Assembly (NCBI GenBank): GCA_951406725.2
Contig: OX597827.1
Span: forward strand, 18,228,001-18,292,000
From: Octopus vulgaris
Taxonomy: Eukaryota
Direction of reading: 5' to 3'
Length of the DNA: 64,000 bases
Each line of letters begins with the position of its first letter. The stretch's first letter is position 1. The position numbers were made by a program, and so were the translations under genes. Below are positions 37,925 to 49,566 of the stretch, in pieces. The notes beneath the pieces are model-generated. The model ran no database searches. It was not told the origin of the DNA and saw nothing but the letters and a program-made list of their open reading frames with translations.

Positions 37925-38008
37925 TTTCAACATATGTTTCGAAGACAACGTTGGTTTTATTCCAAAGGAATAAACTGTGTAAAATAATGTAATCTTCTCA
38001 TCAGGAAA
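37925..38008 (-). ncRNA. Type I hammerhead ribozyme with canonical core and extended stem II
   Basis: UUUC-CUGAUGA-GAAGAU..(UUUAUUCC uuu GGAAUAAA)..GUCUUC-GAAA-CAUAUG-UU-GAAA. Stems I and II pair; stem III is palindromic. Confidence 0.75.
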
Positions 38009-38718
38009 GAAAGAGAGCCTATCTCAATAACAAGACATTATAACAATTACGATGACTGCATAAATGATAAACAGAACGTTATTAATAATTTTTTTTTAAA
38101 CCGTTAGTAGATTCGACGTCAAAGGCAGTTACTAGAAAGAGAAGGGTTAAAGAAATAATAAGTAGAGAACAAATAAAGAGGGATACGTTGGTTGAAAAAA
38201 TGTTCAAAGGCTTTGAAGCAGATTTCTCTATTGAAATAAAGTGCAAGTTAAAATAACTGTTCAAACTATAAAGACTGGCAAAATCACTTATATGAGCTAA
38301 AGGTATGTTTCTGCCAGTGCTTAGATTTATAAGATCGCTCTATAAGTGTGTTAACAAGGTGATTCTTAGAGAAGAGAAAATGGAAGGGTTCAGAATTGCA
38401 AATGTTACAAAATCTTTTGTCCTTGTCATAAGGGAAAGAGATGGACGGGATGAACCAATCTAACTTAAAATCCTTATTGTTGTCTTTAAGATATCAAACC
38501 AATTTACTTAGCCCTGTGCTATGACGTTTACTGCTATCCCTAAATGAAGAATAATGATTGGAAATTCTCTTAGATAACTGGGAAGAGGATGCACCAATAT
38601 AGAAATAAACATCGGTACCGCAAGAAATTTTACATTGGTATATAGAATTCTTAATCTTAGAATTATTGACATAAATTTAATTCTGTTGGGGTTATCCTCA
38701 GAAACCAAAACTATATTG

Positions 38719-38756
<38 letters not shown>

Positions 38757-38789
38757 GACCAGTTTCCTGACATCTGTGGAAGTCTATAT

Positions 38790-39600
38790 CGTGATGATTG
38801 TTTGCTTTACCTCCAAAACATTTCCAATCAAAAAATACAGAAGGTTAAGAATAGGTTAGTTAGGTTTTTTCGTAGAATGGGCTTTCACATCGTTTTTGAC
38901 GATGAGATAACTAAAGCTAACTTCTTAGATATTACTCTTAATTTGCATAATAACTCATACTTCCCATACCACAAACCTTCCACCAATCTCAAGTATATTA
39001 GTCCATCTAGTATTCAACCTAGAGCAATTACTAAGAATTTAGTTAAAAACATTTCAGTTAGATTGTCTAAACTATCCACCAATGTTGACATTTTTAACAA
39101 GGCAGAATTTTATAACTCTGCCTTAGTTAAAGCAGGGTATAAAGAAAAGTTACATACATTGATTCTGCTCAATCTCATCCTTCCTCCTTTATTCAAGACA
39201 AAACATCTAGTTGTAATAAGAAGAGTGATTTTAATTCTAATATTGAAAACAACATAAAACATGATAAAATTCCTTTACAGAGTAAGGGAGGCAAGCGTTA
39301 TTTAAGCTCATTTTTTCACTCTAGAGGTATTTCACCGTTCTTTATAGATAGTACCACTTAGAATTAGACTGTTACTAGGAAAACTATTTGGTTTGTTATT
39401 CCGTATGGAAGGCATATTAAATCTAATCTTCCTTTGCAGTTCCGTGAAGTGGTTGGTAAGAACTTTCCACAAAATTCTAGATATTATTCAATTATTAATT
39501 CTCATATAGTTAGAGTTGCCTTCTCCAACACAAAGTATCTTTCACAAATTATATGTTCCCATAACACCAGTCTGCTAAATAAAAGTTCATTTCTGAGAGT
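38790..39600 (+). mobile_element. Decayed Penelope-like element RT thumb/linker fragment
   Basis: NFLDITLNL..YFPYHKP..KYI..S..P..RLSKLS..YNSAL..AGY and IWF..PY..KNFP..II.SHN resemble PLE proteins (possibly Hydra clade, from memory). Confidence 0.75.
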
Positions 39601-39657
39601 TCCAACGGTAATTTTGTTAATACCAGCAATTCCCATAATAATAATAATAATAAAATC

Positions 39658-39714
<57 letters not shown>

Positions 39715-39758
39715 GTAATAGTAATAATAATAATAGATACTCACTCTTTGTCTTGCCT

Positions 39759-39797
39759 TCTTTCAGATGAAGAGTGGTATACTCGAAATGTAAAAGA
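39759..39797 (+). ncRNA. Minimal hammerhead-like motif (core CAGAUGA)
   Basis: UCUUU-CAGAUGA-A-GAGU gguau ACUC-GAAA-UG-UA-AAAGA. Confidence 0.6.
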
Positions 39798-40181
39798 CTT
39801 TCCTTCATGCTTTTGTGTTTGCTGCCGCGATGCTGGTTCATCTGGTACCCCAGATAAAAATTTGTTGAGATGTTCTTTCAGCATATTCAATATATGATAT
39901 TTGAATAAAAGAAGGGGAAAAAATACCGCTTGCCAAAGATGAAAGCAAAAGTTTCAAAAAACCACCAATCCTACGATAAGTACGCAGACGAGAAACGCAA
40001 TGAACACTTCAAAAAAAAAAAGCCTACCTTCAGGACGGAATTTGAAGATAGTTTACATACCCCAAATATCAATTGATTTCATGCTGTGCATGAGAGCACA
40101 TGCTTTGCAATCTTCAGTTGGAGATAGTAATATCTATTTCCAAAATATTCACTACGTCAATCGTAGGAGTGATGGTTTTTA

Positions 40182-40383
40182 AAGGTTTCGCTTTCATCTT
40201 TGACAAGTGGTATTTTTACCTTTCTTTAATTCAAATATTTAATATTATACCTATTAAGGTAGAAGTCTTGCTAACCGCCTCATTATTACTGTTTTTAACA
40301 GTAATAATGCTTTCATATAGTTGTTTATAGTTTATATATATATATATATATATTACTGTTTTTAACAGTAATAATGCTTTCAT

Positions 40384-40442
<59 letters not shown>

Positions 40443-40578
40443 AACTATATGAAAGCATTATTACTGTTAAAAACAGTAATAATGAGGCGGTTAGCAAGAC
40501 TTCTACCTTAATAGGTATAATATTAAATATTTGAATAAAAGAAAGGTAAAAATATCACTTGTCAAAGATGAAAGCGAA

Positions 40579-40583
<5 letters not shown>
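40182..40583. repeat. Foldback: ~147-bp near-perfect inverted arms around (TA)n
   Basis: 40182-40329 is the reverse complement of ~40436-40583. A partial direct duplicate lies at 40352-40390 and a diverged homolog at ~39897-39955. Confidence 0.9.
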
Positions 40584-40615
<32 letters not shown>

Positions 40616-40679
40616 ACTGTTGGCGATCCCCCCACACACACACACACACTTTTTTTCTTTTGAACTTTCCTGTGTCTCC

Positions 40680-40716
40680 TGTATCCGAAGAAGAGCTATG
40701 CTCGAAACGTAAAACA
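40680..40716 (+). ncRNA. Minimal hammerhead-like motif (core CCGAAGA)
   Basis: UGUAU-CCGAAGA-A-GAGC uau GCUC-GAAA-CG-UA-AAACA. Confidence 0.6.
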
Positions 40717-41537
40717 ACCAGTCTTTCCTTCTCTGAGCGTCTTTTTGTTACTTGACATGAGCTACGTCTCCGCGTTGTTTTTTTCTTGTCTTTTTCTCGG
40801 TTTTTCTAATTATATATTTTAGTAAGGAGAGACACACAAATAAGAAAGAAGAAAGCAAAGGACCACTGATGCGGTCACAGGAGTGTGACGAAAGAACTCT
40901 GGCCGAAATAAGATTAAGATTAATGTTTAAAAATAAATAACGCTGAAGCAAAGTAACACCAAATATATAGTGCGTGTGTTTTTATTGGCTAAACTGGCAA
41001 AATGACCATTCCTAAATACAACAATAAACGTGTATATATTTCCAGATATTTAAACAAATATTCGTATGAGAGAATTCTGTATATGCAACACATTTCATGT
41101 GTTGCATATACAATTATCAGTCAAGCTAAAAATAGTTTTATAAATCATACATATCTAATTTACAAAGCCACACAGCGCTATGCATTTTTCATAATAGAAT
41201 CGAAATGGAGCAGCTCAAACGGAACAACCTTAGACTCTTGAAAAATACCTATATTCATAATTCTTAGGGAATAAAGATTGATGCATTCTACACCACTGAG
41301 AAGGTGATGAAACTTCTGTATATAAAGTGTAAGCGGTTGAAGTCTCAAGGACTGAAGTCTTCTTTCTATATTTATTTTACTATCTGTGCATACGAGTGTA
41401 GTATGTTGTTTCTGTTATATTTAATTTTAATTTAATATCATATTGCATTGAAATGTTTAACTGCACAACGTATTTTAATTAATTCCGTCTCAAAAATATC
41501 CTGCATTGTTGTGACATTAACATTCATACAACGGTAC

Positions 41538-41635
<98 letters not shown>

Positions 41636-41663
41636 AAGATGTTTATATGTATGTGTGTGTATG

Positions 41664-41705
<42 letters not shown>

Positions 41706-41846
41706 AGTGTGTGTGTATACACGTACACATACATGAACAGATACATAATGAAAAGCACACACACGCACACACATGTATGTAGTATGTATATATGAAAGTA
41801 TGTATGTATGTATGCATGTATGTATGCATGTACGTATGTATGTATG

Positions 41847-41880
<34 letters not shown>

Positions 41881-42345
41881 TGCATGTATGTATGTATGTA
41901 TGTATGCATGTATGTATGTATGTATGTATGTATGTATGTATGTATGTATGCATGTACGTACGTATGTATGTATGTATATATGTATGTATGTATGTACGTA
42001 TGTATGTATGTATATATGTATGTATGCATGTATGTATGCATGTGTGTATGTATGTATGTATGCATGAATGTATGTATGTAATGTATGTATGTATGCATGT
42101 ATGTATGTATGCACGTATGTATGTATGTATGCACTTATGTATGTATGTATGAATGTATGCATGTATGCATGTATGTATGAATGTATGCATGTATGTATGC
42201 ATGCATGTATGTATGTATGTAATGTATGTATGCATGTATGTTTGTATGCATGTATGTATGTATGTACGTATGTATGTATATATGTACGTATGCATGCATG
42301 TATGTATATATGTATGTATGTGTATGTATACATACATATATATAC
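41538..42345. repeat. GATA/TG/TATG compound microsatellite
   Basis: Seen directly. Confidence 0.95.
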
Positions 42346-42699
42346 ATTGAGAGAGGGTGGAAAGGTAAACGGTGGGTGAAAGTCTCAGAAAAACGAGGAA
42401 AACTCAACTCACGCACATCTCACACTCTCACAAATACACAGACATACAATGGAGGATATTCGAAAGCATTCATCGAGCCTACACCACAAATAACAAAAAC
42501 CATCCGTAGTTCCATAGTTACTGCCCACACCACCTTTTTCACTACCATCAACTCTCCCCGGACAGCAACAGTTCGCTGTCTATCATCTCCAGAGTCACCA
42601 TTATCTACAATAACAACAAACAAGACCGCCATTACTATTTAAACTACAAATAATAATCAGAGCATCTCCTCCACACACACACACACACCCTAGCAATAA

Positions 42700-43080
42700 C
42701 ATATCACCACCGCCACCACCACCGCCGCCACCACCACCACCGTTGCCGTCACTGACGCTGTCGCCGTCGCCTCCCGGCACAACCGCCGCCGCCGCCGCCA
42801 GGGCTGCAATAACCAAAAATCTGCTGCTTCTATTTTCATTCTGTCTTTCTCTCCGGCGATGCAAAAAACCGGATGTCGGTTATTGGTACACAACTTCCGG
42901 TTATAAAGATAACGCTGGTAGTATATGCGTTACCGGAAGTGAAGTTCGTGCCGATAACGTCGGCTCTGAGTAAGATGGGGCTTGTGAAAAGGAATGTTCG
43001 GAGCTGGTTTATCATAGTGTCATGGCGTACATCGCCTCAACAACGTCGTACTTGCTGGCTGCTGCGCTAGTTAGCATGTC
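42700..43080. promoter_or_regulatory. Candidate host promoter: CpG-rich island with three ETS-type sites
   Basis: ACCGGATGT (~42868), ACTTCCGGT (~42893) and ACCGGAAGTG (~42932) lie within ~75 bp. GCC/ACC repeats adjacent. Unique in the window. Confidence 0.5.
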
Positions 43081-43124
43081 TCTCTGATATATTTTAACCT
43101 GGAAACAGAAAACTACCTCTTTGT

Positions 43125-43446
43125 TTTTTTGTTTTTTGTTTAGTGTTCCTTCTCGAGCCATGCCTGACTCATAAGGGCCGGTTTCCCAGTTTCTTTGGCG
43201 TATAGGTTCCCCACCGGGACGGGACGCCGGTCCGTCGCAGGTGAGCTGCAAGATACAGGAGGAAAGAGTGAGAGAAAGTTGTGGCGAAAGAGTCAGCAGA
43301 AGTTTCGCCATTACCTTCTGCCGGAGCCGCGTGGAGCTTAGGGTGTTTTCGCTCATAAACACACACATCACCCGGTCTGAGATTCGAACCCACGATCCCC
43401 CGACCGCGAGTCCGCTGCTCTAACCACTAGGCCATGTACCTCCACA
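43125..43446 (-). mobile_element. SINE with C-type head and a different 3' half
   Basis: Head and body shared with SINE-C up to CACAACTTTCTCTCACTCTT, then divergent; A-rich tail. Confidence 0.8.
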
Positions 43447-43449
43447 AAT

Positions 43450-43684
43450 GCGCCCTTTTAAGGCCTAGCCAGGCTCATCGGTTACAATGGATATGTGTTC
43501 CCCAGCTGGACGGGACGCCAGTCCATCGCAGCGTTACTCGTTTTTGCCAGCTGAGTGGACTGGAGCAATGTGAAATGAAGTGTTTTTCTCAAGAACACAA
43601 CGCGTCGCCCGGTCCAGGAATCGAAACCACAATGTTACGATCATGATGCTGACACCCTAACCACTAAGCCACGCGCCTCCACAG
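43450..43684 (-). mobile_element. tRNA-derived CORE-type SINE
   Basis: TGGCTTAGTGG, GGTTTCGATTCC, TGTGTTCTTGAG..CACTTCATTTCACATTGCTCCAG. Confidence 0.78.
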
Positions 43685-43971
43685 AAAACTACCTCTACAA
43701 CATAACTACAACTAGCACTGTTCGTTGACTTGTTTCTGGCGTACGTTGCTATATTTTTCTTTGTTGGTCTCTAGCTGCCATACACTACCTGAAATCCAGT
43801 CATATAGTCGACATTTTTTATAATTGGTATTACCTTGCTCTCTGGCAGCGAACTTGGCTGAGTCATCAGAACAGAGGTTCTCACCGCGAGCAGCACCGTC
43901 CCTGAGGAGGAGCTGGTCCTGTCGAAGGGAGTGTTAGACTTTAGGGAACCAGTAAGGAAGGCGGTGAGGTG

Positions 43972-44151
43972 CCTGTGTGGTAAGAAGCTTGTTTCCCAAC
44001 CACATGGTACAAGGTTCAGTCCCACTGCTTGGCACCTTGCGCAGTGACTTATGATATAGCCTCGGGGTGACAAAAGCCTTGTGAGTGAATTTGTTAAGCG
44101 AAAACGGAAGAACCTCGTCATGTGTGTGTGTGTCTTTTTGTAACATATTTC

Positions 44152-44234
<83 letters not shown>

Positions 44235-44435
44235 TGTATGTATTTGTGTCTCTGTGTTTGTCCCACACACTATCGCTTGACAACCATCGTTGGTGTTTTT
44301 ACGCATCCGTAAATTAGTGGTTCGGCAAAAGAGACCGATAGACAAAGTACTAGGTTTACGAAGAATAACTCCAGGAGTCGATTTGATCGACCATGGCCGT
44401 AGTCAAATGACTGAAACAGAATAAAAGAATAAAAG
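43972..44435 (+). mobile_element. Diverged SINE-A with expanded internal (TA)n
   Basis: Head, body and tail similarity. Confidence 0.8.
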
Positions 44436-44507
44436 AATATATATATATTACGGAGATGTTCTTGCATAGCGAGTGACTTGATCTGAGATCGTGTACTGGA
44501 ACGAAAA

Positions 44508-44689
44508 CAATTGCAGCGTGGAAGGTGTTTATAAGCCATTTAAGATGCAACACGAAGTTTTGTCTGTCAACCGGTCGCGGTCTCAAAGCGACGAAAATAT
44601 TTTGACAAATTAAATTTAAATGTTGAAATGAATCTAACGGTTTTTGTGTGTTTCTTAAATGGCTTGTAAACACCTTCCACGCTGCAAAT

Positions 44690-44692
<3 letters not shown>
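44508..44692. repeat. Short foldback, ~45-50-bp arms
   Basis: TGCAGCGTGGAAGGTGTTTATAAGCCATTTAAG versus CTTAAATGGCTTGTAAACACCTTCCACGCTGCA. Confidence 0.85.
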
Positions 44693-44745
<53 letters not shown>

Positions 44746-44761
44746 AAATATATATATATAT

Positions 44762-45209
44762 GTAAAGTATAATAGCCATCTCAATATGGCTAACCACAAA
44801 GGGTGGGTGTTACTGTAGCTTTTAGCTCCAGGAGATCATCGTCTCCAGCTGGCTTTAGGCACACGATCTGTGCCCTTATGGTATTTGCAAAGGGAGGTCA
44901 TCCCTCTCTCGTAAGCCTAAGTGATACGCACGGACCGCAGTTTCGAGGTTGTTGCCTCTTGTCAACGGGCGGTAATCACCGGTTTACGATGAAAAGGAAG
45001 ACCTGTATGCAAATATATATGTGTTTTTCTAGTAACTTCCGTCACTGATTTCGAAAAACTGTCTGCAAGCAATAATAAATCTCTGAACGAGATGTAAACA
45101 GTAACCGCTCGACTAAAAGCTACGGTAACACCCACCCTTTGTGGTTAGCCATATTAAGATGGCTATTATACTTTACATTGTCGAGCGGTTACTGTTTACA
45201 TCTCGTTCA
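44762..45209. repeat. Interlocked inverted repeats (~64-bp and ~29-bp pairs)
   Basis: 44762-44825 pairs with ~45113-45177; 45085-45113 pairs with 45180-45208. Confidence 0.85.
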
Positions 45210-45367
45210 ACTTGTTCGACTAAAAAACCCTTGAAGGTGGTGCTCCAGCATGGCCGCAGTCAGATGAGTGAAACAAGTAAAAGAGTAAAAGAACATCAAG
45301 ATAGAGGTTTCCGCACAGTTTCCAAACATAGGATAGATCATTCTGTTGCTATTTGTAGGAAACGATT

Positions 45368-45597
45368 GGAATCTTTTTCACTTTGACCGGCAGATTTTTA
45401 AAATAATTTCTTTGTAACTATAAACAGTGACAAATTGATATGACACCGTCAGAAAATGTTGTTGACAAAATACGGCAGATATTGCATTCACCTCAATAGA
45501 CGTCATTGATTGGTATACTACCAGTATACGAAGTTTAAAAGTGTTTAGTTTTCAAAGAAATTATTTTTAAAATTTGCCGGTCAAAGTGAAAAAATCC
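45368..45597. mobile_element. Short MITE related to the GGATC-TIR family
   Basis: Long TIRs (GG..TTCACTTTGACCGGCA..AAAATAATTTCTTTG). Direct repeat AACGATT on both sides. Confidence 0.8.
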
Positions 45598-45755
45598 AAC
45601 GATTGTCCAGTGAGCAACCGAGTGGGTTGCAAAGCAGGCTTCTTTTATTCGCATCTCTGAGTTTAGCCATTCAGCCTCACCAGCATCAGTTGCTTTTTAT
45701 TATTACTTATTTTACGTAATTATTATTGATATGTTTTGATAATGAAACAAGAATA

Positions 45756-46131
45756 TCTCTATATATAAACGGCAGTTTGTCTGTGCGTGTTTCTGTGTGT
45801 CTGTTTGCTTGTACCCTCACCCTGACCACGGCTTTCAACCGATTCTGATGAAACTTGACACACACATAGCCCAATGTCATAATTCAAAACTAACGCAGCG
45901 AAAATTTTGAAAAGTTCCCCCAGTTCTGAAAAAAATCGATAAATTCGACATGGGGTCGAGAATCAGGAACACATACTGTGTAGGGGACGCAACTCCACCT
46001 TTTTTAACTATCAAAAAAATATTTACCATCATTTTTTTCCATCTTTTTGCTATTTTTTGGCTATAACTCTCTAAAAATGCTTTATAGTTATTTCCCTTAC
46101 AAACCTGAGCAACGCCGGGCGATACTGCTAG
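45756..46131 (+). mobile_element. Non-autonomous Helitron
   Basis: Starts TC after A, ends CTAG before T. Subterminal GC-rich hairpin CCTGAGCAACGCCGGG. No TSD. Second copy at 52880-53154. Confidence 0.85.
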
Positions 46132-46208
46132 TATATTATAAATTTGCAAAATCTAGTTATTATCCTTCATTTTTTAAACATAAATCATGTATAATAACGA
46201 CGGAGTTC

Positions 46209-46635
46209 GGATCTTTTCGGTTTGAACGGCAGTTTTTTCTAGCGGTGTCATATGTAATTGTCACCCGTAATTATGACCCTAGCATCGATCTATTGTATTT
46301 CAATGTGTTTTAGGGTTAGGGTTAGGGTTAGGGGTGAGAGGAAGGGTATCTTTTTTTTCTTCACAAATGTAAATAAACCTAATCTGTTTCTTAAAAGAGG
46401 GACATATTCATACGGCACAGAGTGTTTTTTTACCTTCAATAGACGTCATTGATTGGTTGAAATTGCAGAAATTGAATTTAAAATACCACGAATATCTTAC
46501 AAACTATAGAATTTTCTCAATAAAGCCAAGAGAAAAAGATGTTTTATAAACACATTCTACCAGTATACGAAGTTTAAAAGTGTTTAGTTACGTGGAAATT
46601 ATTTTTTAAAACTGCCGGTCAAACCGAAAAGATCC
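46209..46635 (+). mobile_element. GGATC-TIR MITE with (TTAGGG)4
   Basis: TIRs at both ends; homologous to 17194 and 56467. Confidence 0.88.
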
Positions 46636-46649
46636 CCAATCTGCATTGT

Positions 46650-47025
46650 GTAACTAAACACTTATAAACTTCGTATACTGGTAGAATGTGTTTATAAAAC
46701 ATCTTTTTCTCTTGGCTTTATTGAGAAAATTCTATAATTTGTAAGATATTTCTTGGGGTTTTTTTTTCTTCAATTTCTGCAATTTCAACCACTCAATGAC
46801 CTCTATTGAAGGTGAAAACATTCTATGCCGTATATGTCCCTCGTTTAAGAAACAGATTGGGTTTATTTACATTTGTGAAGAAAAAAAGATACCCTTCCCC
46901 CCACTCCTAGCCCTAACCCTAAAACATTGAAATGCAATAGATCGATACTAGGGTTATAATTACGGGTGACAATTTCATATGACACTGCTAAAAACAAAAA
47001 ACTGCCGTTCAAACCGAAAAGATCC
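46650..47025 (-). mobile_element. Inverted GGATC-TIR MITE lacking one TIR
   Basis: Reverse complement of the adjacent copy. Confidence 0.85.
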
Positions 47026-47042
47026 CAGATTGGGACAGTTAC

Positions 47043-47099
47043 CCGTGAACCGTATATGGCGCACGATGTGGTTAAAGTGTTAAACCACACAGCCGCCAT
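47043..47099 (-). other. Candidate first coding exon (MAAVWFNTLTTSCAIYGSR) in a CpG-rich unique island
   Basis: ATGGCGGC start (YY1-like), followed by a possible donor CGG|GTAACT. No downstream exon identified. Confidence 0.25.
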
Positions 47100-47459
47100 A
47101 AGACCCGAATGCCGGTCCGTCCGTCCGTCCTCCGCTGCTCTTTCGTATTTTCGCCATTCGTTAGTAATTCACGGATTGTTAACGTACCAGTAATATAATT
47201 TGGTCAGAGAGCATGCAGGAGGTAAGAGGAAAGAAGCAGCATTGAATAATCTATGCAGTAAGAAACTTGCTTTGGCCTACAAACGTTGGCCTTGTGCCTA
47301 CTCAAACAAAGTGATTACGTTGTAAATATTGTTTTTCGCCGACATCCGACATCCAATGGCGACACGAATGTAGACTGGGACACATTGATCAGTTGGCTGG
47401 CGACATTCTGGCGATCTCGCATTTAACTATCTCTGTGTGTCTGTCTGCGTATATAGAAA

Positions 47460-47462
47460 TAC

Positions 47463-47501
<39 letters not shown>

Positions 47502-47655
47502 TGTGTATGTATGAATAATGTGCGTTTGTTAATGGCTGTATGTATGTATGTATGTATGCATGTATGGAAGTGTTTGTGAGAGAGAGACAGAAAGCAAGAA
47601 AGAAAAAAAAGGAAGAGAATGTTTTGCGTGTGGTATATGTGAATATGCGTTTGTA

Positions 47656-47693
<38 letters not shown>

Positions 47694-48061
47694 CATACAT
47701 AAATGTGTGTATGAATAATGTGTGTGTTTGTTAATGACCTCATGTATGTAAGTGTGTGTGTGTGTGTGAGTGTGTGTGTGTGTATATTTGAGGGAAAGAG
47801 AGAAAGAATATGTTTTTGTGTGCGGTATATATGTTAACATTCGTTTGTTGTGAGTTTATACTTATCCGTGTATATATATAAATATACGTGTGTATGTATA
47901 ATGTGTGTTAATGAGTGTGCAAATGTATGTGTGTGTGTTAATGAATGTGTAACTATGCGTGTGTGTTGCGCGTGTGTGCGTGTGAGAAAATGGTTTTTGT
48001 GTCTGGCGTACATATGTGAATATGTTTGTGTGTGTGTATTTGTATCTATCTATATATATCC

Positions 48062-48097
<36 letters not shown>

Positions 48098-48401
48098 TAG
48101 TTTATGTGTGTGAGAATGTGCGTGTCAATGTGTGTGTATGTGTAATGTGTTTATATGGATATACGTGCGGTTGTGTGTGTATGTGTGAGTTCGTATGTGT
48201 ACATCAATGAACGTGTGCATAAATACGTTTGTGTGTGTGTGTGTGTATGTGTGTGTGTATGTGTGTGTAATGTGTGTATTAGTTTATGTGTATGAGATTG
48301 TGCGTGTGAATGTGTACGTGTGAGTGTGTGTGTGTGTGAGCGCGCGCTGCATGATGTGTATGTAAATATGCTAAGAGTATATTTGTGTGTTTGCATGTGT
48401 A

Positions 48402-48464
<63 letters not shown>

Positions 48465-48465
48465 A

Positions 48466-48504
<39 letters not shown>

Positions 48505-48598
48505 TTGTATACTGAATTTCTGTCCGTAATGGTTTGTTTATGCGTTTGCATATGTGTATGAATATGTGTTGTGTGCATATATGTCTGTATGTATATTT

Positions 48599-48675
<77 letters not shown>

Positions 48676-48688
48676 CATACATACATAT

Positions 48689-48719
<31 letters not shown>

Positions 48720-48720
48720 C

Positions 48721-48776
<56 letters not shown>

Positions 48777-48778
48777 CT
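47460..48778. repeat. TG/TA/CATA low-complexity block
   Basis: Seen directly. Confidence 0.9.
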
Positions 48779-49017
48779 TTTTATTGTTTCAGTCACTAGA
48801 ATGCGGCCAGGCTGCAGCAGCGCTTTGAAGAGTTTTCAGTCGAATGCATGAATACTGTATGTATGCACGTGTTTGCATGTGTATGCACGTATCTGTTGGG
48901 TAATATATTTCTGTCTGTATATCTGTATATGTTAGTGTATGTGTATATTTGTGCATATATAGTGTGTGTTTGTATATAAGTTTGTGTGTATGAATGTATG
49001 TATGTATATATATATAT

Positions 49018-49435
49018 TGGCCGTGTGGTAAGTAGCTTGCTTACCAACCAAATGGTTCCGGGTTCAGTCCCACTACGTGGCACCTTGGGCAAGTGTCTTC
49101 TGCTATAGCCCCGGGCCGACCAAAGCCTTGTGAGTGGATTTGGTAGACAGAAACTGAAAGAAGCCCGTCGTATATATGTATATGTATAGATGTATGTGTG
49201 TGTATATGTTTGCGTGTCTGTGTTTGTACCCACCAACATCGCTTGACAACCGATGCTGGTGTGTTTACGTCCCCGTCACTTAGCGGTTCGGCAAAAGACA
49301 CCGATAGAATAAGTACTGGGCTTACAAAGAATAAATAAGTCCCAGGGTCGATTTGCTCGACTAAAGGCGGTGCTCCAGCATGGCCGCAGTCAAATGACTG
49401 AAACAAGTAAAAGAGTAAAAGAGAGTAAAAAAGAG
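49018..49435 (+). mobile_element. SINE-A
   Basis: Full copy. Confidence 0.88.
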
Positions 49436-49472
49436 TATACATAGAGAGACTTAGTAATTTTAATATTTCTAT

Positions 49473-49562
<90 letters not shown>

Positions 49563-49566
49563 CATT

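Noticed and set aside
43834-43972. Possible minus-strand exon (AG..CAAG|GTAATA)
   Set aside because: The open frame (FDRTSSSSGTVLLAVR) looks like a decayed LINE APE DR..GGGVLLAV motif, the acceptor comes from a SINE, and the phase does not match the candidate exon at 47043.
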